A DNA stretch of 64,000 nucleotides from Mobula hypostoma (taxonomy: Eukaryota), in contig NC_086109.1 of NCBI RefSeq assembly GCF_963921235.1, positions 15,874,001-15,938,000 of the forward strand, in the 5' to 3' direction. Of the stretch, positions 11,070-25,445 are shown one piece after another (position 1 is the stretch's first letter; every line of letters starts with the position of its first letter). The notes beneath the pieces are model-generated. The model was given only the letters and a program-made list of their open reading frames with translations. It did no database searches and was not told where the DNA came from. The translations under genes and the position numbers were made by a program.

Positions 11070-13100
11070 ATGTGGCATGGAACTCATTAGTCTTACAGCC
11101 AGGGGGAAGAAGCTGTTATCCAAACTGGGAGTCCTAGTCCTAGTCCTGATGCTTCTGTACCTTCTTCCTGACGATAGTTGGTCAAAGAGACTGTGGGATG
11201 GGTGGTAGGGATCCTCAACAATGCCTTGGCTCTTCATACACAATGCTTCTAATAAATGTCACAAGTGGTAGGGGAGATGGTGAGGGAGATCTCAGTGATT
11301 CTCTGGCCATGTCCTCGTCCCCTCTGTAGGGTCTTGCAGTCTGATGCCTTGCGTCTCCCTACCACACAATGACGCTGCCAAACAGAACACTCATGATGAC
11401 ACTCCTGTAGAAAGTTGTTAGAATGGGGGCGAGGAGCCTTGCACAGCTCAGTCTCCTCAGAAAGTGCAGACGCTGCTGTGCCTTCTTGACTAATGAGGAG
11501 GTGGTGTGTGTTCAGGAATTTAGTGCTCTTCACTCTCTCCATGGCAGAGCCATTGACGTGCAATAGAGAGTGGCCAACCTGTGTCTTTCTGAAGTCCACA
11601 ATCATCTCTTTTGTCTTGTCCACGTTGAGATTCAGGTTGTTGTTTTTGCCCCATTCGACAAGCCTCTCTCTCTCCTCTCTATACACTGACTCATCATTGT
11701 TGCTGATGAGGCCAACCGCTGATGTATCATCAGCGAACTTGATGCGGTTTGATCTGAATCTGGCAGTTCAGTTGTGAGTCAACAGTGTGAACAGCGGTGG
11801 GCTGAATATATAGCCCTGGGGCCGCACCATTGATCAGTCTGATGGAGCTTCAGATACTGCTGCCAGCTCAGACTGACTGGGGTTTTTCTGTCAAGACGTC
11901 TAGGATCCCGTTACAGAGAGCCCCTTTGAGAAGAGTTTACCCACCAACCTCTGACAGACAATCGGATTAAACTAAAGTCAAAGAAAAACACCTTAGTATA
12001 TGAGGCATTATTTTGTAGGTGGGACAGGATGAAGAGGAGGGTCAAGGCTATGGTATCATCAGTGGACTGGTTTGAATGATAGGCAAACTGGAAAGGGTCC
12101 AATGTACCAAGAAGATTGAATTTTGTATGATGCATTACCAGCTACTCAAAGCACTTCATGATCGTTGAGGTCAGTGCCATCAAGTAGTAGTTGTTTAGGC
12201 CAGTTACTATCACTCTCTTGGGCAGCAGAATGATGGTGCCAACTTGGCTAAACAGAGGAGCACTTTTAGTAATAGACTAAGACAACCTCACTGCTCCAAA
12301 GAGCGCTATATGAGGTCATTCTTACCCTTGGCCATTAGGCTCTATAATGAGTCAACCTATAGCCAGGAAAGTGATAACCTCCTCCTGTCTCCTCATTTAC
12401 CGTCTAGGTAGTCTCCAGCCCCTTGGTATGAACATTGAATTCTCCAACTTCTGGTAATTCCCTCCCCCTCCCTTCCCCTATCCCAGTTTCACTCTGCCCC
12501 CTCCCCCAGCTGCCTACCACCTCCCTCATGGTTCTGCCTCCTTCTGCTACCCATTGTGTTTTCCCCTATTCCTTCTTCACCTTTCCTGCCTATCACCTCC
12601 TTGCTTCCACTCCCCCACCCCTTTATCTTTCTCCTTACTGGTTTTTCACCTGGAACCCACCAGCCTTCTCCTTCCCACCCTCCCTCCACCTTCTTTATAG
12701 AGCCTCTGTCCCTTCCCTCTTCAGTCCTGACGAAGGGTTCCAGCCCGAAATGTCGGCTGATCATTTCCACGGATGCTGCCCGGCCTGCTGAGTTCCTCCA
12801 GCGAGTTGTGAGTGTTGCTTTGACCCCAGCAACTGCAGAATATTTTGTGTTTACAACCCCCTCCTGTCAGATTGTTTAAGGTAACTTATTTTTTTTCTTT
12901 ATTACTTCTCCTCTAATATTTGTCTATCTGTGCACTTGTAATGCTACTGTGACACTATAATTTCCTTTGGGATCAATAGAGCATCCATCTATCAAGCTTG
13001 AAGCCTGCAGGGACAGTCGACTGTTGCAAAGAGATGTTAAGGACATCCTTTAAGACTTTTGTTAACTAGGCTGCACAGTCCCTCAGTGCCTGGTTGTGTA
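11070..13100 (-). mobile_element. Decayed Rex1/Babar LINE with nested insertions
   Basis: RT fragments (NLNLNVDKTKEMIVDFRK; LDPFQFAYHSNQSTDD); nested plus-strand LINE 3' piece (about 12240-12995) that itself holds a Penelope piece. Confidence 0.8.
12390..12856 (+). mobile_element. Penelope 3' end / pLTR fragment with hammerhead motif at 12721-12760
   Basis: End of the GIY-YIG ORF region, pyrimidine-rich tract, then UCAGUC-CUGACGA-A-GGG..CCC-GAAAU-GUC-GGCUGA; near-perfect flanking repeat ACCYCCTCCTGTC. Confidence 0.75.
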
Positions 13101-13799
13101 TGTTTGTGCCGGTATACCCAGGCTAGGGTTTTCTTCTCCGGAATAGGTCTTTTAGCCCACACTGTCTGCGCTGACCATAATGCCAAGTTAACCTAAAATA
13201 AGATGCCTGCACACAATCCATAAGTGTCTAATTTCCTCTTAAATGGTGTTACTGTTGTGTCTGCTTCAACCCTTAGACACTGAATTACATTCCAAGCCCC
13301 TACCGCTCTCTGTGTACAAACTCATCTTGCATGTCTCCTTTCAACAATTCCCCTCTCAGCTCTCTAGTCATGGAGTAATTAAGTTATACCACATGGAAGT
13401 GCACCCTTCAGCCCCTCTCGAACATGCTGACCAATTTACCTAACTGGGCTAGTCCCATTTGAAAGCTTTTGCCCCTGTAACATTCTTGCTACTTCCTTTC
13501 TCCTCTCTATACCTGGTTCTCCACTCTGATGCAAGGTTTCGGCACGAAACATTGGCAATTTCTTTCGTCTCACCGATGCTGCTCGGGTCCCTCCAGCAGG
13601 ATGCGCGATGCCCGAAAGTTCCAACATCTACACTCGCTAGGGTCTCACTTTAAGTTTATTTGTCATTCAACCATACACATGGATACAGCCAAACAAAGCA
13701 ACGTTCCTCCTGGGCCATGGTGCAATACACTATATCAACAGTCACACACAGCACACGGGACACATAGTTACGGCCACAGATAAACATGAGGGCATAAGA

Positions 13800-14050
13800 A
13801 AATATATATAGCCCAAGACACTGAGTAGATAGATGGTGCAGTCGTCCTCATCATGCTGTAGTACAGCCCTCGGAGAATCAACCCATCTGATCTTCCACAG
13901 AGAGAACATAGAAAGGCAGAACCAATTGGAAGGGCCAGCCGCCAACCCAGTACAGACTCTAGCTTTCTCCAACACTGGCTCCAGCATCTCCTCCCCTGGG
14001 TGGCTGCCACAAGCAACCCGCGGCATGAGCTTTACGATGAACTGAACAGA
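13800..14050 (-). mobile_element. Probable RTE-clade LINE 3' remnant
   Basis: Translation SAFLCSLCGR...GLY resembles the C-terminal Cys motif of RTE ORF2. Confidence 0.45.
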
Positions 14051-17000
14051 AGTCTTCATCTTCACTCGCTTGTCTCTCAAACATGCTGCAGCATACGCTC
14101 ACCCGCTCCTTTGCCAAACTTCAATGACCTGATCCCCTGATTCCATTTGACCTCACACCTCCATGATTGGTCATTCAATATATCCATCATTTTGAGCGTC
14201 AGCTTCCTCCACCAATCAAAAGCTGGACCTGATTCTTCATTTCTTCAACGGGATGATTCTTCAGTATCAATTATCAGCCCTCCCTCCTCCTCCAACCCTT
14301 GCTCCACATACTTCAATAATGGGAAGATCTTGGAGAAAATTAAAATTTTATTACCTGCACAGTTTTTGTTTTACACAGTAGTGTTGTGGAGATTACTTTT
14401 CAATCCCTGGAGACTCCTGGCAGTTCTGGTGAATTGGTAACCCTAGTTCATGGCTGTAATTTAATTTCAACAGTGAAGGGGCTCACTAACAGGTCCAATC
14501 TCAGCACTAACAGGGATCAGAACAACTGTATTTCACCTGACACAATAAGCCTATCTCTATCCCTATTTTAATATTGATAATTACCTTCAATAACTGCTTC
14601 TTACAACTGAGTGTGAACTGCTTGCTTTGCTAATTATGCATTGAACTTCTCCCAATGAATTGGCTAAATCGGACTGGTAATTATTTATATGTAATCAACC
14701 TTTACTTTTCCATCAACTACCTTTCAAAATTACGTGTCACAGAGATTAATAGATCAGTTGCTTCCCACTTTCTATCTAAGGGCAGATTGCTACAATTGTA
14801 TTAAGACTTTTAATCAGATAATGTTGCTTACGGTTGGCTCACAGCCCATCAAGGCAACTGTCTCAACAGGAATGGATCACGGTGTCAGCAATATTCTCTT
14901 GAAACCAGATGTCACCCTTCAATCAGCCCTCTGTAGGATGTGATCTATTAGTCTCCTCTGAGACAGCTAATACCATTAAACGGTAGGATGGATGTGGTGA
15001 ATAATGCTAATAACGGAACCTGGACTGACATATACACAACAGTAAGTTACTAGGATCACTGAGGTTTGAGGTTCTGGAAGGTAAAAATTAGTCAGCTCCA
15101 TCATGAGCACCAGCCTCCATAGTACCCAGGACACCTTCAAGGAATGATGCCTCCAAAAGGCAGAATTCATCATCAAGGGCACCTGTCTCCCAGGACGTTC
15201 CCTCTTCTTATTGTTACCATCAGGAAGGAGGTGCAGAAACCTCAAGGCACACACTCAATGATTCAGGAACAGCTTCTTCCCTTTTACCATCCAACTTCTG
15301 AGTAGTCATTGAACCCATGAATATCACCTCACTACTTTTTAATTCTAGTTTTTGCATTACTTACTTAATTTAACTATTATATATAAATACTTACTGTAAA
15401 TCACAGTTTCTAAATATATTATCATGTTTCGCATTGTACTGCTGCTGCAAAGTTAGCAAATTTCATGACATATGCTGGTGATATTAAACCTTATTCTGAT
15501 TCTGAAAATTAAAGGGATTCAGCATTAAATCTGCTGCAGATTTGGGCAGAAAAATGGCAGACAAGAGTTAAATTTGGGCAAGTAAGGTGCTGGACTTTAG
15601 GTTGTTAAATGTCAGGGGCATCTATACAGTAAATGGCTGGACCCTTGGGAGCATTGGTGCACAGAGAGGCCTTGGTTCCAAATCTTCTGTAAGTGGCAAT
15701 ACAAGTAGATAGGATGGTAAAGACAGCACCTGGTGTGATTCTAAGACCAGAGGACACAGCCTCAGAATAGACGGACACTTCGAACGGAGATGAGGAGGAA
15801 TTTCCTTAGCCAGAGAGTGATGAATCTGTGGAATTCGTTGCCACAGGCAGATGAGGAGGCCAAGTTATTGGGTATATTTAAGGCAAAGGTTGATAGATTC
15901 TTGGTTAGACAGGGCATGACAAGATATGGGGAGAAGGCAGGAAACTGGGGCTGAGAGGGAAATGGCCTAATTCTGCTCCTGTATCATATGGTCTTATGAT
16001 CTTATTACCTCTATTGATCAGATTCAGATTTATTTATCATACATACATTGAAACATACAATAAAATGTTAGGTAGGTGCCACGTGTTCTGGCGCCAAGAT
16101 AACATCCTCAGCAGAAAAACACAGAACATGCAAAACAGTACACAACAAGCAACAAAACAACAACAAAACAAGCTGCTTTCCTGTCTCTCACCCATACGCA
16201 TGGACAGTCCTCCAGTTCCAGGTCATCAAGATCGAGAGCAGGGAAATGAGATGGTATAGAGAGGAGAAAGGAAATAGCAGGAAAGGACTCCGAGGTCATC
16301 ATGAAGTGACCATGGGTGAAAACATCCCTGAGTATTTAGAATCGTTGGTTGAGGGGTGTGGTGCATTGGCTGGTGGTGAGGCCTGATAGAACATTGCAGG
16401 GTGAGATGGGATGAGGGCTGTGTTGGGGGAGGGGGTTAAGTGGGAGGGTAGATGGTGTAGAATGAGGAGTGGAGGTAATAGAGTGGTAGAAAGGAGAGCT
16501 TGTGATAGGATAGGAGGAGAGGAAGTGAAGAGAAGGGTCAAGGGTGAGAGAAGAGATTTAGGTCCTTTAGGGTAGCCAAAGTGAATCCTGCATAAATTAA
16601 CAGCCAATAGGCTCCTACAGTCCAAGCTCAACAACTAACTTCACGGTTCAAGCTTCAAGTTTCAAACTTATTTATCCCATGTACATAGAAACATACAGTG
16701 AAATGTGTCATTGGTGTTAACCACCAACACACTTTTTGGTGCCAACATCATATGCCCACAGCCTCAGCAGAACAACACAGAACACAACTAAACAGAACCT
16801 TTCACACTATCAGTCCCCCTCCCCCAAACCCTATCACTGAGATTATTAATGACTTGTGCAAAACAAACACAAGTGTAGGCTCATTGTTCTGTTGGTAGAA
16901 ATGAGCTCATCATGGGAGAGGGGGGAGGAGTGGAGAAGAGGGTAAGTGCTGATAACTGAGAGACGTAGAGTGAGGGCAGCTTCTGATTGGTGGAGGAAGG

Positions 17001-18050
17001 TGGCGCTCAGAATGACCAGTGACCAATGATGGAGGTGTGAAGTCAAATGGAATGAGAGAGTCCCCTAATGGAACGTGGCAACAATGCCAGGCTTGCCGAG
17101 AGAACAGATGAATGCAATCTGCAGCATGCTTGAGGCACAAGAAGGGTGAAAATTATTTGGCGGTAATCAGCAAATCATCTAGTATCAGAATTAGGAGCCA
17201 GAGCTGGCTATTTGGCCTTTGGAGCCAGTATTGCCATTCAGCAAGACTGCGGCTAGTTCTTGGTGCTATTCATTCAGTACCCTCAGAGCCCATACCATTC
17301 AGAAATCTATTCAGAGGTAAGAATGACAGCAAGTGAGAAATAGCGATATGCAATAATAAACAGCAATATGTCCTGATGAAGGGTCTCGGTCCTGATCCTG
17401 CCTGATCTGCTGAGTTCTTCCAGAAGCCACAGGATATAGACAGCTGTGAGGAACAAATAGTAACACTGACCAAAGTGACAGAAGGATGGAATGAAACTGG
17501 ATTGGGGTCAAGATTCTACTGCACATCGTGTGAGGTCATTGTTTTATCTGTTCGTAAAATCTGTTAGTAACCATACTGATCAAAGGCAAGAAGGAAGATT
17601 AGTTACTCAGATGAAGTGAACCAAAGAGCCCAGATTATGTATAGGCTTTCTGTAAATGTACCAACACAAAGCACAACACCAACTGTCCCTTTATTATGTT
17701 GGAAGCCCAATCCACTGTTCCATTTATGTCAGCGTCAATGTAATGGATGTGCTGCTGTTTAAGTGTTGTTTGATCATGAAGCCATCTGCTGTGCTGACAT
17801 GGTTGCTCGAGGCAATCTGGACTTTGTTTTGGTGAGAGCTGGGCATTATCCAAAGCTCAGTACACTAATCTTGAACCATATACCCCACCAGGGTGTCGAG
17901 TTTGGGGTTTGACAGGTTCAACTAATACAATTTCAGCAACAATGCAGATCTTAGAGCTTGGCATTCTGTAGTTGGCCCATTCTTGTTCTGATTCTGTCGC
18001 AAATAGATGCCTGACCAACATGAAAACTTTCAGTTTGAAGGGAGAGCCAT

Positions 18051-19118
18051 GATCATAATCATGGTCATAGTCATACTTTATTGATCCGGGGGGAAATTGG
18101 TTTTCGTCACAGTTGCACCATAAATAATTAAATAGTAATAAAACCATAAATAATTAAATAGTAATATGTAAATTATGCCAGGAAATAAGTCCAGGACCAG
18201 CCTTTTGGATCAGGGTGTCTGACCCTCCAAGGGAGGAGTTGTAAAGTTTGATGGCCACAGGCAGGAATGACTTCCTATGACGCTTAGTGTTGCATCTTGG
18301 TGGAATGAGTCTCTGGCTGAATGTACTCCTATGCCCACCCAGTACATTATGTAGTGGATGGGAGACATTGTCCAAGATGGCATGCAACTTGGACAGCATC
18401 CTCTTTTCAGACACCATCGTCAGAGAGTCCAGTTCCATCCCCACAACAGCACTGGCCTTACGAATGAGTTTGTTGATTCTGTTGGTGTCTGCTACCCTCA
18501 GCCTGCTGCCCCAGCACACAACAGCAAACATGATAGCACTGGCCACCACAGACTCGTAGAACATCCTCAGCATCGTCCGGCAGATGTTAAAGGACCTCAG
18601 TCTCCTCAGGAAATAGAGACGACTCTGACCCTTCTTGTAGACAGCCTCAGTGTTCTTTGACCAGTCCAGTTTATTGTCAATTCGTATCCCCAGGTATTTG
18701 TAATCCTCCACCATGTCCACACTGACCCCCTGGATGGAAACAAGGGTCACCGGTACCTTAGCTCTCCTCAGGTCTACCACCAGCTCCTTAGTCTTTTTCA
18801 CATTAAGCTGCAGATAATTCTGCTCACACCATGTGACAAAGTTTCCTACCGTAGCCCTGTACTCAGCCTCATCTCCCTTGCTGATGCATCCAACTATGGC
18901 AGAGTCATCCCAAAACTTCTGAAGATGACAAGACTCTGTGCAGTAGTTGAAGTCCGAGGTGTAAATGGTGAAGAGAAAGGGAGACAAGACAATCCCCTGT
19001 GGAGCCCCAGTGCTGTTGATCACTCTGTCGGACACACAGTGTTGCAAGCACACATACTGTGGTCTGCCAGTCAGGTAATCAAGAATCCATGACACCAGGG
19101 AAGCATCCACCTGCATCG
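18051..19118 (-). mobile_element. Young 5'-truncated Rex1 LINE
   Basis: Uninterrupted 320-aa RT C-terminal ORF (TGAPQGIVLSPFLF, HLQKFWDD); AATAAA followed by a (TGACTA/TGATTA)n-like tail. Confidence 0.9.
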
Positions 19119-19119
19119 C

Positions 19120-19760
19120 ATGATTGTCTAATTGGCCTTCACAAATTAGGGCACTGAGTACAAGAGTTCTAATGTTATGTTGAAATTGTATAAGACAATG
19201 ATGAGGCTGAATTTGAAGGATTATATATAGTTCTGGTCACCCATCTACAGGAAAGATATCAATAAGCTTGAAAGAGTGCAGAGAAAATTTACAAGAATCT
19301 TGCTGGGACTTGAGGACCTGAGTTATTGGGATAGGTTGAATAGGTTAGAATTTTATTCCCTTGTGAGTAGGAGAATGAGGGGAAATCTTACAAAGGTATA
19401 CAAAGTTATGAAGGGTATACTGTTAGATAGGGTGAATCTATGCCAGCTTTTGTCCTCGTGTTGGGTGAGACTAGAGCTGGAGGTTATAGGTACAGCTGAA
19501 AGGAGAAATACTTAAAGGGAATTTGAGAGAGAATTTTTTTCACTCGGAGGGTGGTGTAACTGTGGAATGAGCTGTCAGCAGAAGTGGTAGATGTGAGTCC
19601 AACAGTAACATTTAAGAGGAGATTGAGTGGATGAGAGAGGTATGGGGGAATATTTCCCACCAGTGGTTAGATGGAAGCAAGCAGATAACTAGGTTGGCAT
19701 AGTCTTGATGGGCCGAAGGGCCTGTTTCTGTGCTGTAATGCTCTATGTTTCTATGACTCC
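19120..19760 (+). mobile_element. Decayed CR1 3' fragment
   Basis: QRKFTRILLGLEDLSY..RL..L motif and CR1 3' UTR. Confidence 0.8.
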
Positions 19761-20973
19761 AAGAGTAGCAGTCAGAATCAGATTTAACATTACTGGCATA
19801 TGCTGTGAAATTTGTTGTTTTACAACCATCTGTACAATGCTATACATAATAATAAAAACTACATTACACTAAGTATATATAAAAAAGAAAAACAAATTAA
19901 ATAAATAGTGCAAAAAGAGAGGAAAAAGTACTGAGGTAGTGTTCATGCGTTCTTTGTCCACTCAGAAATCTGATGGTGGAGGGGAAGAAGCTGTTCCTGG
20001 AATATTGAGTGTGTCTTCAGGCTTCTGTACCTCCTCCTTGATTGCAGCAATGAGACACGGCATGTCCTAGGTTACGGGGATCTTTAATGATGTATGCTAC
20101 CTTTTTGATGCACCACCTTCTGCAAGTGACCTCAGTGCTGGGGAGGCCAGTGCCTATGATGGAACTGACTGAGTTTACAACTTTATGCAGCTTTTTCCCA
20201 TCCTCTGCAGTAGCCCCTCCGTACCAGACAGTGATGCCAGCAGCTTGAGTGCTCTCCACAGTATATCTATAGAAATTAGCAAGTGCCATACCAATTATCT
20301 TCAAACTCCGAATGAAATACAGCCACTGTTGTGCCTTCTTTGTAATTGCATCGATATGTTGGGCCCAGGATAGATCTTGACACTCAGGAACTTGAAATTG
20401 CTCACCCTTCCCACTCTGATCCCTCGATGAGGACTGGTATGTGTTCCCTCACCTTTCCCTTCCTGAAGACCACAATCAGTTCCTTACTGATGTTGAGTGC
20501 AAGTTGATCCACTCAACCAGCTGATTTATTTCTTTCCTCGCACCTTCTCATAACCATCTGAGGTGCTGCCAATAATAGTTGTGACATCGACAAATTTATA
20601 GATGGTGTTTGAGCTGTGCCTAACCACACAAGAGGAGAGCAGAGGGCTTATCACCCATACTTGAGGAATGCCAGCATTGATTGTCAGTGAGGAGGAAATT
20701 TTATTTCTAATTCACACAGACTGGGGTCTCCCGGTGAGGAAGTCAAGGACCAGTTGCAGAGGGAGGTACAGAGGCCCAGGTTTCGGAGCTTGTTGATTAG
20801 AACTGAGAGTATGATGTGTTGAACTCTGAGCTGTAGTCAATAAACAACAGACTGACATAGGTATTGCTATTGTCCATGTGATCGAAGGCTGAACCAAGAG
20901 TCAGTGAGATTGCATCCGCTGTGGACTTATTGTCACGATAGACAAAATGCAGCATTTCCAGGTCCTTGCTTAG

Positions 20974-21195
20974 TGGGCACATGGCCAAGTGGTTAAGGCG
21001 TTCGTCTAGTTACCTCAAGGTTGCTAAGTCGAGCCTCAGCTGTGGCAGTGTGTTTGTGCCCTTGAGCAAGGCACTTAATCACACATTGCTCTAGTCTGTG
21101 CGTGGAGTGGCGCCCCACACAGACCTCCAATCTGCGCCTTGTAAGGCATGAAAATGCCTGACGCAGGCCTCTCGTGGTCTGAGTCGACGTTCCCC
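20974..21195 (+). mobile_element. tRNA-derived SINE
   Basis: Pol III A box TGGCCAAGTGG, degenerate B box AAGTCGAGCC, CORE-like CCTTGAGCAAGGCACTTAA; 7-bp TSD TGCTTAG (20967-20973, 21196-21202). Confidence 0.8.
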
Positions 21196-21751
21196 TGCTT
21201 AGGTAGGAGTTGATTCTCACCATGACCAACCTCTCAAAGCATTCTACACAGTAGATGTGAATGCCACTGGACAATACTCATTGAGGCAGCTCACCCTGCT
21301 ATTCTTGGGCACAGGTATGATTGTCACCATTTTGAAGCAGATGGATATCTTTGACAGCAGCAGTGAGAGGTTGAAGATATCCTTCAACACTCCCACCAGT
21401 TCGTTGGCACAGAGTTTTCAGAGCCCCACCAGGTATACCATCAGGGCCTAACGCCTTGCCGGGGTTCACTCTCTTGAAAGATGTTCTGGTGTTGCCTCTG
21501 AAACAGAGATCATAGGCTCACTAGATGCTGCAGGGATTCACGCAAGTAGTTTTATTCTCCCTTACAAAGCATGCATAAAAGGTATTGCACTCATCTGAGA
21601 GTGAAGCATCACGGCCATTCATGATACTAGGTTTTGCTTTGCAGGCTGTAATGGCCTGCAAACCCTGCCAAAGCTGATATGCATCCGATTCCATCTCTAA
21701 ACTCAATCAGAATTATTTTACCACCCTTAAAATAGCCTTGCATAGGTTGTT

Positions 21752-21909
21752 TTTAAACGCAAACAACAGGAATTCTGCAGATGCTGGAAATTCAAGTAAC
21801 ACACATAAAAGTTGCTGGTGAACGCAGCAGGCCAGGCAGCATCTCTAGGAAGAGGTGCAGTCGACGTTGCCTGGCCTGCTGCGTTCACCAGCAACTTTTA
21901 TGTGTGTTG
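21752..21909. mobile_element. Penelope-derived self-inverted short element with hammerhead core deleted
   Basis: Inverted arms; 15-bp TSD CTTGCATAGGTTGTT (21737-21751, 21910-21924). Confidence 0.8.
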
Positions 21910-22999
21910 CTTGCATAGGTTGTTCCTGGACTCTTTTTCTTGTATAGTTCTCGATTGCTGGTCTTGAACACGACAGGCCTTGGAAGGCTATGAATCTCCT
22001 GGTTCATTCACAGCTTTAGGTTTGGGTATGTCCAGTATGTTCTTGAAGGCACACACTCATCCACACAGATCTTATGAAGTCGATCACAGCTGTGGCATAT
22101 TCATTCAGACTCGAAGATGGATCCTTGAATATTGTACAGGCTCTGCTCAAAGTAGTCTTGTAATCGCTCCTCTTTGCAAAGTCTCCTTTCACTGAGCACT
22201 GCTGTGGTTCAGTGTGGAGAGAACGACAGGAGTCAAGGTGGGGTTAGACGTTCAGAATGGAGGGCATTTGATGTCTGTAAGTACACACATGCTCCAAGTC
22301 ATTAGAGAGCTTGGAATCGATGTGTTTTATGTGGTCTCTACATCACTTACACCTTCCTGGAACTACATGCAGTTGGACTAAGAACTGAAGCATATGAGAA
22401 ATATGGTAAAGACATTGCAAAGAATGAACCTAGTGTGAAGAAAAAAGTGGTTGAATCTAGTTTGAAGGAAAATAATGGACATTAAGTCAAGCAAGAAACC
22501 CTTCAGTAAGTTGACATGGTTGATAACCAGGTGGAAGGTTGAGGCATCACCAGGTTAACTGAATATTGCACGATTGTGGGCATTCAGAGTGAAGGGGAAA
22601 ACCACTGTATGAGAGGCTCCCAGGCAAATACTTTGGATGAGGTTCAAACAACTTCAACAAGGCTACACAGATACCGCGAGGCCATGGAAATTTTGGGTCT
22701 GTGTGCACTGAACTTCCAAGAGATCCAGCAGTGTTAAGAATTGTATTAGGTCAGGGGATTTAGACATTATCCTAACAGGGATCGGCCAGTGTTGTAGTGA
22801 CATCTGCACCGGACTTTGAGCAGAGTTCAAATGTGGCCGGCTCCTTGCATGCTTTCCATCTGTGCTGGGCTGAGCAGCAAGCTAACAACTCTTCCTTGTG
22901 AAAAATAGACAAATGCTAAAGAAACAGCAAGGTTGCCACCTGATGGACCACAAGGCATGGTGAACAACTAACTACTAACAGAGCATAGACATATTTGCA

Positions 23000-23372
23000 C
23001 CTATTGGTGTGATGCTCACACCCTCTCCATGAACTGTTTGTTCTTCTGCCATCAGGCAAACATTACAGGAGCATCAAAACTAAAACCACAAGGCTACTAA
23101 ACTGCTTCCTCCCACAGGCAGTCAGACTGATAAATAGCTGCTCCACCTGACTCTGCTTTTGAACACTTTTAACTTGCACTGGACACTTATAATTTGATTG
23201 TAGCTGACATGTGGCTGTTGTGTTTTACTATTTATTGTTATGTTTATTATTTAGTGTTGCGTTTGTTATGTTATGATTGCACTGCTCCTGGGAAACGCTG
23301 TCTCATTCTGCCCTGCAGAGCTGATGTACAGTTAGAATGACAATAAAGTTTTCTGAATCTTGAATCTTGAAT
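23000..23372 (+). mobile_element. Rex1/Babar-like LINE 3' fragment
   Basis: LLPSG..YRSIKTKTTRL motif, AATAAA and (GAATCTT)n tail. Confidence 0.7.
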
Positions 23373-25445
23373 GTTGTTGGTCCTGAAGGCAGAGGAAGAA
23401 GAGGGCTAAACAGGGCGGTTAAGTTGGGGTTCAAGATCAGGGGTATGACATCTTTAGCTTAGAACGTACTGAATGTCTTTCAGACTATTCAAGATAGGGA
23501 CTTTTTTCTCTGGAGTGAAGGGGGATAAGAGATTGCTTGTTAGTGGTGTACAAGATGATAGGAGACAGAAATCAAATGGACAGCCAGAGATTTTTTTTTC
23601 CCAGGGCAGAAATGGCTCATAAGAGGGGGCATAATTTTAAGGCATTGGCAGATATCAGAGTTGCTTTTACGGAGAGAGGTGAGTGTGTGGAATGCATTGC
23701 TGGGGTGGTGGTAGGGGCATTTGGGAAACTCTTAAATAGGCACATGGATATCAGTAAAACGGAAGGCTATGTAGGAGAGAAAGGTTAGATTGATCATAGA
23801 CCAGGCTAGAGCCGTATGAAGGGCCTGGCCTATGTTGTAATGTTCTATGTTCTTTATATTCTACTTGCAAATAGCTTACTGCAAATTAATATTTCTGTTG
23901 AGAATGCTACGGCAGCAAAGAAAGCTATACAAGAGTGTAATTAAATAGCTTTATAAATTGACAGAACATAAGCAAATCTACTAACACCATACAAAGCAAG
24001 TAGTGCAATGGTGATGAAATTAGGGAATCATTTTAATCCAAAGCTGTCAGAAATCTATTACAACAACAAAGCCGATGAAGGATCAGAAACCACATGAGAG
24101 TATGAGACGAGCTGTCAGTGAAGACCTTTCTCAGCAATGAAATTTATTAGCCAAGTACATATACGCCATCATATACTAACCCTGAGATTCTTTTCCTTGC
24201 AGGCATTCACAGAACAAAGAAATACATTTGAGTAATTTTAAAACTACACACAAAGGCAGGCAAACAACCAATGTACAAAAGAAGACAAACTGTGCAGATA
24301 CAATAATAAATAAATAAACAACTAAATATTTCTGCAAACGTGAGTCGTAGAGTCCTTAACAGTGAGTCCATAGGGTGGTTGTGGAATCAGTTCAGTGTTG
24401 AGATGATTGAAGTTATCTACACTGGTTCAGGAGCCTGATGATTGAAGGGTAATAACTGTTCCTGAACTTGATGGTGTGGAACCTAAGGCCCATGTACCTC
24501 CTTCCCGTTGGCAGCAGGGAGAAGAGAGCATGGCCTGGATGGTGGGGATCCTTGATGATGGATGCTGCTTTCTTGTGTCAGTGCTCCTCGTAGATGAAGA
24601 TGAGCAACTTTATTGCCCTGAGATAGGCATGACGAGTTCGCAGTACAATCAAAGAATGACTTCAATCAAAATTACTAACCTTATAGAAACTTAGTAAAAA
24701 CAGAAAACATAGTAAAAACACAGCAGGTCAGAAAGAATCTGTGGAGAGAGAAACAGAGATTCAGGTCAATGACCCTTGAAGTTAGTGCTAATTTGCAGAA
24801 AAGGTAGAGGCTGATAGGAGGAGAGCGTGGGATGGAATGGAGAACACAAAGGGAAAGATAAAGCTATAAAATCCTAGAACAGCACATTTCATCATTTTGC
24901 TCCATTGAAGAATGTTAAGGAATATGATCCAATCAGAATGACAAATGTGACAGTAGTCTATAATCGTACTGATTACAGTGTCGAGGCAAAATCCAATGGG
25001 AGAGATAAGTTCAAATTGCTGTTACAGATGTAACACATTCATGTCAATTCAAATTGGTATAATCTTTCTATTGCCAGAGAAAAACAAAAGATATTCTCAG
25101 CATGCAAATCTAGAGCCAAGGTAGTTAGACAATGTCATTTCTGTAATGTTATTTCTTCATAGATTGGATGTTTTCAAAGTGGAAAGCAAAAGAGAACAAA
25201 TCTAAATAGCCAGGAAGGCCAAATAAGAATTGAGCTCACATGGCATCTATACACCACCAGCAACAATGCTGGAAAACAGAATGACTTCAAAACGAAACCA
25301 TGGTTAAATGTCCTAGAGCATAGGAGACTGAGAGGAAATTTGATCAAGGTATAGAAAGCTATGAAGAGTATAGTTAGGTTAAATACAAGCAGGTTTTTTT
25401 CCGCTGAGGATAGGTACAACTAGAACTAGAGGTCATGGGATAAGG

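Larger units (their letters stand above)
19775..22200 (-). mobile_element. Decayed Rex1/Babar LINE
   Basis: Colinear ORF2 remnants (LWQGLQAIT, STADAI, LLFIDYSSEFN, YRYTVES) with a nested SINE and a hairpin element. Confidence 0.8.

Noticed and set aside
18154..19116. 320-aa ORF as a host or domesticated gene
   Set aside because: 5'-truncated Rex1 RT with retrotransposon tail; no true start or promoter.
20974..21050. tRNA gene
   Set aside because: Degenerate B box, no full cloverleaf, continues into a SINE body with TSD.
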